Assembly: GCA_016929135.1 (NCBI GenBank)
Contig: JAFGJK010000013.1
Coordinates: 285-64,284, forward strand
Direction: 5' to 3'
Origin: Spirochaetota bacterium
GTDB taxonomy: Bacteria > Spirochaetota > UBA4802 > UBA5550
DNA: 64,000 nt
In this document: one piece after another, positions 1 through 8,087 of the stretch
How the letters are laid out: each line of letters opens with the position of its first letter
Position numbering within the stretch: the first letter of the stretch is position 1
The notes under the pieces: model-generated
The model's database searches: none
The model's input: only the letters and a program-made list of their open reading frames with translations
Told to the model about the DNA's origin: nothing
Program-made: the position numbers and the translations under genes

Positions 1-670
1 ATGCCGGCGTCGGGGTCCCTCCCTGGGAATCAAAGGATACCGTATACTGGTTTTTCGTCCATAGGGCATGGATCGTCGTGTCCCCCGACACCGTCATACT
101 TCCGAAATTCCACACGGTGCTGTAGGTACCGTCCGTAAACCAGCCGGCGAAGGTGTACCCGGTCAGGGAGGGATCGGGGGCAGGCTGCGTCGCCGTGGCG
201 CCGTAATTCACCGTCTGGGGCGACGGCACCGGGGTCCCCCCGTAGGTATTGAAGGAGACCGTGTATTGGTTGATATCCCATCGGGCGTAGAGGATCACAC
301 CGAGGGCGCCCATGGTGAGGGAATCCCCCGGTGCGTAGTCAATCCCGGTTCCGTCAGGCGCGGTGTTCCACATGGGGGTACCCAGGGTGTGCCCGGTCCT
401 GGCGAGGGAGCCGGTGTTCCCAAGGACTGTGACGCTCTGACCCTGGAGATAGATGGTCGTATCCTCCGGGGGCGTGCCGGAGGTGCTGCCGTTGCCGCTG
501 TAAGTCACCGACCTAATCTCGCTGGGCACCATATTAGTCATGTTCCCGTGGAGCACGTCGTAATAGGCGTCGCCGCAGGAGATGATGGAGAGGGTCAGAG
601 CCGCAGCACAGAGCATTACGGCAAAGAGCGGCTTATGCTTTCCGGTGTATCTGTTACTGGTAATTCTCAT
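1..670 (-). CDS. Lipoprotein with Listeria-Bacteroides (InlB B-repeat / Flg_new) repeats; 3' end runs off the window
   Basis: Absent from the ORF track because there is no stop inside the window. Reverse translation from the ATG at 670-668 gives MRITSNRYTGKHKPLFAVMLCAAALTLSIISCGD (lipobox LSIISC). It continues with units such as NQYTVSFNTYGGTPVPSPQTVNYGATATQPAPDPSLTGYTFAGWFTDGTYSTVWNFGSMTVSGDTTIHALWTKNQYTVSFDSQGGTP, which fit the YTVxF..GG...GYTFxGW...W.F...V..D.T..A.W repeat. Track ORF 68..787 (+) is its antisense shadow. Confidence 0.8.
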   Translation of the reverse strand, partial: MRITSNRYTGKHKPLFAVMLCAAALTLSIISCGDAYYDVLHGNMTNMVPSEIRSVTYSGNGSTSGTPPEDTTIYLQGQSVTVLGNTGSLARTGHTLGTPMWNTAPDGTGIDYAPGDSLTMGALGVILYARWDINQYTVSFNTYGGTPVPSPQTVNYGATATQPAPDPSLTGYTFAGWFTDGTYSTVWNFGSMTVSGDTTIHALWTKNQYTVSFDSQGGTPTPA

Positions 671-793
671 TACCTGGATTCCATACCAATTCCCCGGTTA
701 TGGGGACCAACCATTATTAAGTATTTATACAAGGCCAATTACAATCTTAATATAAAGAAAAATGGGGAAATAGGGTCAAGGCGTTAACATCTT

Positions 794-831
794 GGAACAA
801 GCTGTGCCTCTCAGGGAATGAACTGTGCGTA
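794..831 (-). promoter_or_regulatory. LytTR-type direct-repeat box A (two 9-mers, 12-nt spacer), upstream of the lipoprotein gene
   Basis: The minus strand reads tacgcACAGTTCATtccctgagaggcACAGCTTGTtcc. The 9-mers lie at 826-818 and 805-797, a 21-bp period. It matches box B (5090..5127) at 33/38 positions. A TTGACC hexamer (779-774, minus) follows 14 nt downstream, and the lipoprotein ATG lies about 124 nt downstream. Confidence 0.45.
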
Positions 832-920
832 TGGATCTTATTTTCAGGGACTGTGGGAAGTATCGTGAGGGCTCCCTGAGGGCTCTGCCCCCTTTTTATA
901 TAAATCCGAGACAATAGTGA

Positions 921-934
921 GCTTTGACCCCTCT
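921..934 (-). repeat. Left terminal inverted repeat (REP-like) of the transposase island
   Basis: gctttgacccctct is the exact reverse complement of 2009-2022. Confidence 0.8.
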
Positions 935-1000
935 TTTTTTTCATTTCTTGATAACTCAGACGTTTATACTATACAATACATTGATCAGCAGGAGGGACAC

Positions 1001-1591
1001 ATGCCAAGACCATTGCGTAATATTGCACAGGGTTTAACCCATCATACTTATAGCAGATGCCATGGTAAGAGAAATCTCCTCCAGGGAAAATATGGTAGAC
1101 TCTTTTTCATTGAAGCGGTTCGCCAATGCCAGGAAAAGTATGACTTTGCCCTTATAGCTGCTGAAATCGTTGCCAACCATATCCACCTTGTCATCAAAAC
1201 AGACCAAGGCAAACAAACGATCTCCCTTATTATGCAATACATCAAGGCAAGAATCGCGGAAAAGTACAATCGAGCCATGGGTATGACAGGAGCATTCTGG
1301 AATGAACGCTTCGGCTCCACGGTTATTGAGGAGTCAGAAAATCCGGAGGGGTATCTTCTGTGGCTTTTATGGTATATTGGATACAATCCTGTACGAAAGG
1401 GCCTGTCCCGAGATCCACGTTTGAATGATATTGGATTTATAAACTGCTACCTAAATAAAAATCATGAAGCACCAGTAAAGATCACACCACATCATTTCTT
1501 CATAAAACTTGGTGAGACATTCGAGGAGCGTATAAAAAAATTTATATTCTATGAAGATGCCTATCTCAGAAGACTGGCTGTGTATCTATGA
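1001..1591 (+). CDS. IS200-like / REP-associated tyrosine transposase (RAYT, HUH Y1 family)
   Basis: Taken from track ORF 917..1591. I prefer the ATG at 1001 (MPRPLRN), which is preceded by gcaggaggga. Motifs: HUH (IVANHIHLVIKT), FWNERFGSTVIE, and the catalytic Tyr region WYIGYNPVRKGL. These match the Y1_Tnp/RayT pattern (H-u-H ... FWxxRFxxxxI ... YIxxNPVxxGL). Confidence 0.8.
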   Translation: MPRPLRNIAQGLTHHTYSRCHGKRNLLQGKYGRLFFIEAVRQCQEKYDFALIAAEIVANHIHLVIKTDQGKQTISLIMQYIKARIAEKYNRAMGMTGAFWNERFGSTVIEESENPEGYLLWLLWYIGYNPVRKGLSRDPRLNDIGFINCYLNKNHEAPVKITPHHFFIKLGETFEERIKKFIFYEDAYLRRLAVYL

Positions 1592-2008
1592 TAAGCAGGG
1601 TCGGAGCTCAGTAATCCCTCTCAATCGTGGACTTTAAGACTCGAATATATTGTAATCCATAATAACTAATCCATTTATAGTAGACTTTAATATAGAAAGC
1701 AGTATGATCCAAACATCCACTTCGATATCCGCGTTATCCCAACCACATCCTCTGAATGGTTGATTGCATCCTTGATCACCATGTTTTTTTGTAATACTTC
1801 CTTCGCTAAACTAGCAATTCATCCTATACTTCCGTTTTGCAGTTTAATTACAGCATAGAGTTCAACTATAAGCTGGGCTCCAGGGCTCTGTCCCCGAACT
1901 CCATCCTTATAAATGCATAAATCGGGGTCAAAGCCTATATTGAATTGAAGGTTTGCTCCCCCCAATACCCCATAATTTGCTATGACCCCAGTTCTGTTCT
2001 AAAGCAAC

Positions 2009-2022
2009 AGAGGGGTCAAAGC
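2009..2022 (+). repeat. Right terminal inverted repeat (REP-like) of the transposase island
   Basis: agaggggtcaaagc is the exact reverse complement of 921-934. It ends 18 nt before the stop codon of the kinase gene at 2041. Confidence 0.8.
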
Positions 2023-2040
2023 CTTAAAGCGCCCCAAAGC

Positions 2041-4929
2041 TTATTGCATCTTTTCCCGCAGTGCCTCCAGAAAGGCCTGCCCCACCGGTAATTCGGTGCC
2101 ACCATCGCCGAGGCGTACCCGGTAACGTCCGGTGGGCTGGCGGGAGATCCCCCGGATGAAATCGATATTGACGATGTGGCTTCTGTGCACGCGGATGAAC
2201 AGGTCCGGCGGAAGGCGGTAAACGATATCCTTCATCAGGACCGGCACGTCCGTATCCCCATCAACCGTATGTATCACGGTGTGCTTCGACTGTGCCGTGA
2301 TATGGACGATCTCTCCGAACCTGATGGAGCGGGCCCTCTTCCCGATGCGGACGGTGATGCCCGCCGGGGCCGGTCTCTGTACGTTCCCGAGCTTCAGCAT
2401 CATGCCAACCCGCGCCAGAACCTCCCGCATGATGAAAGGCTTCACGATATAGTCGTTAGCCCCGGCCACGAATGCGGCGTCGATATCTGTCTTCCTGTTC
2501 TTCGCCGTAAGCATCACCACCGGGAGCTCCTTCGGGGACCGGCCGGCCCGGATCCTCCGGCACACCTCGTACCCGGACATGTCCGGCATCATGACGTCCA
2601 GGAGCACCAGATCCACCGGACCCTCCCGCTCCAGGATCTCCAGGGCTGTGACCCCGTCCGGGGCGGTCTTCACTGTGCCCCCCCCGGACTGCAGGCAGTT
2701 CCGGAGTAGGTCGAGATTCACCGGATCGTCGTCCACCACCAGGATGACCGGGGTCCCCTCGAAGAGGCCGTCATCGCCTCCGGAATGATCGGCCGAAACG
2801 GCATCATCCACCTTCCCCTGGATGACCGTTTCCCCCAGGGTAACGTCCGAGAAACCATCCGGAACGGGGAGCGTGAAGTGGAAGACCGAGCCGCCCCCCT
2901 CCCGGGGATCGACGCCGATGGTGCCGCCGTGGAGCTCCACGATCCGCCTGGCGATGGAGAGCCCCAGCCCCGTGCCGGGATAGGCCCGCGTATCACCCCC
3001 CTCTGCCTGCCGGTATGCCTCGAAGATCGTCTCCCGGTACTCCTCGGGAACGCCGATCCCGGTGTCCGATACGCGAACCTCCACCGACCCGCCGTTATCA
3101 TCACCCCCGTGCATGACCCTCGCTGACAGCTCCACCCGCCCGGCATTGGTGAACTTGACGGCGTTCCCCACCAGATTGAAGAGCACCTGCCGTATGCGCT
3201 CTTCGTCAGCCCACACCCTGGGGGTCTCCGTCCCGATGCCATTGACGATCTTCAGGGGCTTCCCCCCCGCCAGGGGGATCGACAGCCGCACCACCGATTC
3301 CCCCAGGGGATGGAGGTCAACCGGACGCAGGTTCAGGCTCAGCCCCTCCTCCTGCATCTTCGCCATGTCCAGCAGGTCGTTCACCATACCGGCAAGGCGG
3401 TGGCCGCTGGAGGAGATGAGGGAGAGATTCTCCAGGGCCTTCGGGGGGAGCCAGCCGGCGGCGCCGTCGATCATCGACTCCGACAGGCCGATCATGCCGT
3501 GGAGCGGGGTTCTGAGCTCGTGGGAGGTGCTGGCAAGAAACTGGTCCTTGAGGCGATCCAGCTTCGTGAGGGACTGGTTCTTCTCCTCCAGGTCCCGGGA
3601 GAGCTCCTCCACCCTCCCGAGGGCCCTGGCAAACCGTCGTGAGATGATCAGGGTGATGATCAGGCAGAAGAGCACTGTGCTGAAATGGATAATGTTGCCG
3701 GTATCGATGATCCACAGGGCGTACAGGATATTGTTGATCGCCCCCACCACCAGCGGTGAAAAGCCCGCAATGAATAGTACGGCGTCCTCCCGCCGGTTTC
3801 TCCAGATCCTGATAAAGACGTACAGACCGTAGAGGATGAAGAGGATGCAGAAGATGAAAAATATGCCGATTATTCTCTCGGAAGCCCTGAATCCCACGAA
3901 AAAAAGCGGCGTGATGAACACGACGGCAAGGACCTGATAGACCCGGAGCACGGCGGTGGAGAACTCCTCGGGGAAGAGCGATTTCATGGTCATGATGCAG
4001 AGGGTCATACCCAGCACCACCGTGGAATAGTCCAGCAGTAAGGGGTTCCCCGGATAGGAGAGGTCGCCGGAGAGGACCGGCGACTGCAGGTTGTAGGTGT
4101 TGACGGCAAAGACAAGGCTGAATAAGCCGATATACAGTGGCGCCTTGTTCTCGCTGCGGAAGAAATAGAGCAGTATGTTGTACATGGAGGCGAAGAGGAG
4201 CAGGCCCACGATGATCATGTCCACCGTGTGTCGACGATGTATTCGCCGCATCACCGCCGCTCCCTCTTCGATACTCGGTGCCACGCCGATGCCGCCCGAT
4301 TCGTAGTCCCGGTTCCACACCTGCAGGAGGAGCTCGTTTTCGCCCTTTTTCAGGGTGAAGAACGAGGTTCTCCTGCTGTTGATGAAGACATAGTCATCCC
4401 TGGTCCTCGGCGCTTCCTCTATCGTTCCCGCGGCGTCCGCCGGCACCCCGTTGATCCAGAGCCGGTAGGCGGAGTAGATACGGGGAAGGGTCAGGATCTG
4501 CCTCCCGGCAACCGCCCCCGCCTGTATCCGCAGTCGGTAGGTCCCCCTCCCCCTGCCGGTCAGGGGGACGCCGCCGATACCGTGCCCCTTCCACAGGCCA
4601 GGCACCGGCAGGTAGCCGCAGCCGCTCCGGGACGCGTTCCCCGCAAAGTCGGCGGGCGCCAAGATCCGGTCACGGCAGAACTCCCACTGCCCCTTAAGGT
4701 TCAGCGCACCGTCGTCTTCGAAGCTCCAGCTCCCCAGGTCCACCAGACCCTTCACCGCAGACGGGGGCTCACTCCCGGCGGCCAAGCCGCTGCTGGCGGT
4801 GCCGCTGCCGCAGGAGAATGCCAGTGCGACGACGCAGAGCAGCGCGGCTGAGAAGAGCAGTATGAGCCTTCCCACTGATCGGTTATTCATCATATTTCCG
4901 GTAGTGTCCCTCAGAACAGGCCGATACAT
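2041..4929 (-). CDS. Fused 7TMR-DISM sensor / histidine kinase / receiver / LytTR DNA-binding protein (paralogue 1)
   Basis: 962-aa track ORF; alternative starts at 4893/4890 (MMNNRS). Domains in order:
- signal/anchor LILLFSAALLCVVALAFSCG
- extracellular 7TMR-DISMED2-like region (VKGLVDLGSWSFEDDGALNLKGQWEFCRDRIL)
- about 7 TM helices
- H-box FLASTSHELRTPLHGMIGLSE
- HATPase boxes FNLVGNAVKFT, DTGIGV, GTGLGLSIARRIVELHGG
- REC (ILVVDDDPVNL, DLVLLDVMMPDMSGYEV, MLTAK)
- C-terminal LytTR (IRFGEIVHITAQSKHTVIHTVDGD, LPPDLFIRVHRSHIVNIDFI, YRVRLGDGGTELPV). Confidence 0.9.
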   Translation of the reverse strand: MYRPVLRDTTGNMMNNRSVGRLILLFSAALLCVVALAFSCGSGTASSGLAAGSEPPSAVKGLVDLGSWSFEDDGALNLKGQWEFCRDRILAPADFAGNASRSGCGYLPVPGLWKGHGIGGVPLTGRGRGTYRLRIQAGAVAGRQILTLPRIYSAYRLWINGVPADAAGTIEEAPRTRDDYVFINSRRTSFFTLKKGENELLLQVWNRDYESGGIGVAPSIEEGAAVMRRIHRRHTVDMIIVGLLLFASMYNILLYFFRSENKAPLYIGLFSLVFAVNTYNLQSPVLSGDLSYPGNPLLLDYSTVVLGMTLCIMTMKSLFPEEFSTAVLRVYQVLAVVFITPLFFVGFRASERIIGIFFIFCILFILYGLYVFIRIWRNRREDAVLFIAGFSPLVVGAINNILYALWIIDTGNIIHFSTVLFCLIITLIISRRFARALGRVEELSRDLEEKNQSLTKLDRLKDQFLASTSHELRTPLHGMIGLSESMIDGAAGWLPPKALENLSLISSSGHRLAGMVNDLLDMAKMQEEGLSLNLRPVDLHPLGESVVRLSIPLAGGKPLKIVNGIGTETPRVWADEERIRQVLFNLVGNAVKFTNAGRVELSARVMHGGDDNGGSVEVRVSDTGIGVPEEYRETIFEAYRQAEGGDTRAYPGTGLGLSIARRIVELHGGTIGVDPREGGGSVFHFTLPVPDGFSDVTLGETVIQGKVDDAVSADHSGGDDGLFEGTPVILVVDDDPVNLDLLRNCLQSGGGTVKTAPDGVTALEILEREGPVDLVLLDVMMPDMSGYEVCRRIRAGRSPKELPVVMLTAKNRKTDIDAAFVAGANDYIVKPFIMREVLARVGMMLKLGNVQRPAPAGITVRIGKRARSIRFGEIVHITAQSKHTVIHTVDGDTDVPVLMKDIVYRLPPDLFIRVHRSHIVNIDFIRGISRQPTGRYRVRLGDGGTELPVGQAFLEALREKMQ

Positions 4930-5089
4930 CTCGATAACCGATTATTACACTCTCTCCACCCAATCACCACTGCCGCTGTGTACGGGCCCCGGATGATCGC
5001 GAAACAGCCTTTCGCTGCGCATTGAGAACACAAGGATAACTGAAATCTAATAAAAAATGAGGGCTTAGTGCCGATGCGTCAGCCGGACG

Positions 5090-5127
5090 GGAATAAGCTG
5101 TGCCTGCAGGGGAATGAACTGTGCGTA
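5090..5127 (-). promoter_or_regulatory. LytTR-type direct-repeat box B, between the two fused kinase genes
   Basis: The minus strand reads tacgcACAGTTCATtcccctgcaggcACAGCTTATtcc: two 9-mers, a 12-nt spacer and a 21-bp period. It ends 4 nt from the stop codon of the upstream paralogue (5132). It lies about 160-200 nt upstream of the possible starts of the downstream paralogue. Confidence 0.45.
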
Positions 5128-5131
5128 AAAC

Positions 5132-7975
5132 TCATATTTTTTTCCGCAGCGACTCCAGGAAGGCCGGCCCCACCGGCAGCTCCGTGTCGTCGTCGTCCCT
5201 GAGGCGCACGCGGTAGCGCCCCGACAGGACATGGGACACGCTGTGGATGTAATCGGCGTTGACGATATGGCTCTTGTGGACCCGCACGAACAGGTCCGGC
5301 GGGAGCCGTTCGATGATCTCCTTCAGCATCACCGGCACCTCGATGTCCTGCTGGACCGTGTGGATTATGATCCTTTTCGAATGCGACGTGATGTAGACGA
5401 TCTCGCCGAACACGATGGAATAGGCCCTGTTCCTGTCGCGGATGGTTATACCCCGGGCGGCAGACCGCCGGACATTCCTGAGCTTCAGCATCGTGCGCAC
5501 CCGCGCCAGTAGCTCGGTGATCCGGAAGGGCTTCACGACGTAATCGTTTGCCCCGGCCGCGAAGGCGGCGTCTATGTCGGCCATCCTGTTCTTCGCCGTG
5601 AGCATGATTACCGGCAGCTCCTCCGGGGACCGCTCGGCCCGGATCCTCCGGCACACCTCGTACCCTGACATGACCGGCATCATGATATCCAGCAACACCA
5701 GGTCGATGGGGCCCTCCCGGTCGATGATCTCCAGGGCGGTAATTCCGTCGGGAGCCGCTTTCACCGTGCATCCCTTGGACTCCAGGTAATTCTGGATTAC
5801 TCTGAGGCTCACCGGGTCGTCGTCCACCGCCAGGAGGGCCGGGCTCCCGTCGAAGTTGCCGTCAGGTTCCGGCATGCCGGCGGCGGCTTCCGCGGGCCCG
5901 TCATCCAGGCTCTCGATGACGACCTCATCGGAGGCCTCAGGAGCCCGCTCGTCAGCCAGGGGGAGCGTAAAGGAGAAGACCGTACCCCCCTCTTTGCGGG
6001 GGGCCACGGCGATGGCGCCGCCGTGGAGCTCAACGATCTGTTTCGCGATTGCCAACCCCAGCCCCGTACCGCCGTAGACGCGCGTGTCCCCCCCGTCCGC
6101 CTGGCGGTAGGTCTCGAAGATCGCCTCCCGGTCCTCCTCCGGCACGCCGATCCCGGTGTCCGACACGCGCACCTCCACCGCACCGGCCGCGTCGTCCTCC
6201 TCTTCGTCACCGCCCACGACCCGCGCCGCCAGCTCCACCTGCCCCGTACTGGTGAACTTGACCGCGTTCCCCACCAGGTTGAAGAGCACCTGCCGTATCC
6301 GCTCCTCGTCGGCAAAAACCCTTGGGGTCCCCTGCCCGATGGCGTTGACGATCTCCAGGGGCTTCCCCCCCGCAAGGGGAATCGACAGCCGCACCACCGT
6401 ATCCCCCAGAATACGCAGGTCCACCGGGCGCAGATTCAGGCTCATCCCCTCCCCCTGCAGCTTCCCCATGTCCAGCAGGTCGTTCACCATGCCGGCCAGG
6501 CGGTGGCCGCTGGAGGAGATGAGGGAGAGGTTCTCTATTGCCTTCGGGGGGAGGCCCCCGGCGGCGCCGTCGATCATCGACTCCGACAGGCCGATCATCC
6601 CGTGGAGCGGCGTTCTGAGCTCGTGGGAGGTGCTGGCCAGGAACTGGTCCTTGAGCCGGTCCAGCTCCGTGAGGGAGAGGTTCTTCTCCTCCAGGTCCCG
6701 GGAGAGCTCCTCCACCTTGCCGAGGGCCCTGGAAAACCGCCGGGAGATGACCATGGTGGAGGTAAAGCAGAGCACCACCATGGCGTACTGGATGACGTTC
6801 CCGGTGTTGATGATCCACAGGGCGTAGAGTACGTTGTTTATCCCCGCGAGAAAGATGGAAACGAAGCCGACGAAAAACAGCAGGGCACCGTCTCTTCGGT
6901 TCTTTATAATCTGTACGAAGACGGACAGACCGTACATAATAAACAGGATGCAGACGATAAAATAAATCTTTATCACGATTTCCGCCGCTCTGAAGTCGAT
7001 AAAAAAAAGAAGAGTGATCAGAGCGGCGGCCGCCGCCTGGAAAAACCGGACAACTCCCATGGAAAAATCGTCCGGGAAGAGCGACTTCATGGTCATGACG
7101 ATCATTGTCATACCAAGGATGACCGTGATATAATTGATCAGGAAGGGGTTCCCGGGATAGGAGAGGCCGCCGGAGAGGATCGGCGACTGGATATTGTAGG
7201 TGTTAACTGCCCACACGATGCTCGTGAATCCGAGATACAGCGGCGACGCGTCCGTCTTCCGGGAAAAGAAGAAGAGGATGTTGTAGACGGAGGCGAAGAG
7301 CAGCAGGCCCACGACGATCATGTTGATCGAATGCCCCTGCAGGCCCCGCCGCATGACCCTCTCTCTATCGTCCAGCTGCAGGGGGCTGTCGATGCCCCCC
7401 GATTCGTACTCGCGGTTGGAGACCTGGAAGACCACCTCGTTCCTCCCCTCCTTCAGGGTGAAGGAGGGCTGCCGTATATTGTGAACGAAGATGTAATACT
7501 CCCCGGCACGGGCTGCCCCGTCCACACTCCCGATCGTATCCACCAGCGTCCCGTTGATCCAGAGCCGGTAGGCCGAATAGATCCGGTGTATGCCGAGGGT
7601 TGCAGCCTTTGCAGTGCCGTCGCTCAACAGTGTCAGCCGGTACGTGGCCCGACCCCTTCCGGGGAAACCGGCGCCGCCGGATTTCCGTTCCGTCCATAGT
7701 CCCGGGACCTCCATGTACCCGCAGCCCCCCCGTCCGGCCCCCTTCGCAAAATCCGCGGGCTCCAGCAGGCGGTCCCAGCAGAATTCCCACTCCCCGTCCA
7801 GGTTCACCGACCCGTCCCGTTCGAAGCTCCAGCCCTTGAGGTCCAGGACGCCCCTGACGGCAACGGGCCGCCGATCCGAGGAGCCGCGGTTGCATGCCGT
7901 CAATGCCGGAACGCACAGGCAGACTGCCATGGACAGCGCGGCGATGGTTCCATATGCCTTGCGGGACGCTCTCAT
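5132..7975 (-). CDS. Fused 7TMR-DISM sensor / histidine kinase / receiver / LytTR DNA-binding protein (paralogue 2)
   Basis: Track ORF 5132..8122. I prefer the ATG at 7975 (MRASRKAYGTIAALSMAVCLCVPALTAC, signal/lipobox-like); the upstream extension merely translates repeat box C. The domain order matches paralogue 1:
- VRGVLDLKGWSFERDGSVNLDGEWEFCWDRLL
- 7 TM helices
- FLASTSHELRTPLHGMIGLSE
- GTGLGLAIAKQIVELHGG
- LLAVDDDPVSL, DLVLLDIMMPVMSGYEV
- LytTR (IVFGEIVYITSHSKRIIIHTVQQD, LPPDLFVRVHKSHIVNADYI, YRVRLRDDDDTELPV)
The kinase core is roughly 85-90% identical to paralogue 1 by eye over about 165 aa. The sensor region is more diverged. Confidence 0.9.
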   Translation of the reverse strand: MRASRKAYGTIAALSMAVCLCVPALTACNRGSSDRRPVAVRGVLDLKGWSFERDGSVNLDGEWEFCWDRLLEPADFAKGAGRGGCGYMEVPGLWTERKSGGAGFPGRGRATYRLTLLSDGTAKAATLGIHRIYSAYRLWINGTLVDTIGSVDGAARAGEYYIFVHNIRQPSFTLKEGRNEVVFQVSNREYESGGIDSPLQLDDRERVMRRGLQGHSINMIVVGLLLFASVYNILFFFSRKTDASPLYLGFTSIVWAVNTYNIQSPILSGGLSYPGNPFLINYITVILGMTMIVMTMKSLFPDDFSMGVVRFFQAAAAALITLLFFIDFRAAEIVIKIYFIVCILFIMYGLSVFVQIIKNRRDGALLFFVGFVSIFLAGINNVLYALWIINTGNVIQYAMVVLCFTSTMVISRRFSRALGKVEELSRDLEEKNLSLTELDRLKDQFLASTSHELRTPLHGMIGLSESMIDGAAGGLPPKAIENLSLISSSGHRLAGMVNDLLDMGKLQGEGMSLNLRPVDLRILGDTVVRLSIPLAGGKPLEIVNAIGQGTPRVFADEERIRQVLFNLVGNAVKFTSTGQVELAARVVGGDEEEDDAAGAVEVRVSDTGIGVPEEDREAIFETYRQADGGDTRVYGGTGLGLAIAKQIVELHGGAIAVAPRKEGGTVFSFTLPLADERAPEASDEVVIESLDDGPAEAAAGMPEPDGNFDGSPALLAVDDDPVSLRVIQNYLESKGCTVKAAPDGITALEIIDREGPIDLVLLDIMMPVMSGYEVCRRIRAERSPEELPVIMLTAKNRMADIDAAFAAGANDYVVKPFRITELLARVRTMLKLRNVRRSAARGITIRDRNRAYSIVFGEIVYITSHSKRIIIHTVQQDIEVPVMLKEIIERLPPDLFVRVHKSHIVNADYIHSVSHVLSGRYRVRLRDDDDTELPVGPAFLESLRKKI

Positions 7976-8087
7976 AACAGCATTATTAATACTGCAGACC
8001 GGGCGAATTAGAAAGTGACATAATTGGATATTGCATCCATAATTCTGCAGAATGCAAGCACTAATTTCCCGTGAAGACGATATAGCC

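Larger units (their letters stand above)
921..2022 (+). mobile_element. IS200/RAYT-like element: HUH Y1 transposase gene bounded by 14-bp perfect inverted repeats, in an AT-rich island
   Basis: gctttgacccctct (921-934) is the exact reverse complement of agaggggtcaaagc (2009-2022). A third copy, ggggtcaaagcct, lies at 1924-1936. The related motifs gagggctctgccccc (879-893) and cagggctctgtcccc (1881-1895) each sit about 28 nt before a GTCAAAG repeat. GC content drops visibly across about 680-2040 relative to the flanks. About 450 nt (1592-2040) has no ORF. Confidence 0.5.

Noticed and set aside
771-781. agggtcaaggc as a fourth, degenerate copy of the GGGGTCAAAGC REP-like repeat
   Set aside because: It matches at only 9/11 positions. 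Its TTGACC core (minus strand) is better explained as the -35 hexamer of the lipoprotein promoter.
68-787. 239-aa plus-strand ORF at the left edge
   Set aside because: The opposite strand encodes a lipoprotein with clean lipobox and InlB-type repeats. This ORF is G/R/P/H-rich with no motifs.
6023-7699. 558-aa plus-strand ORF, and similar 100-330 aa ORFs across 2176-7916
   Set aside because: They are shadows of the two fused kinase genes.
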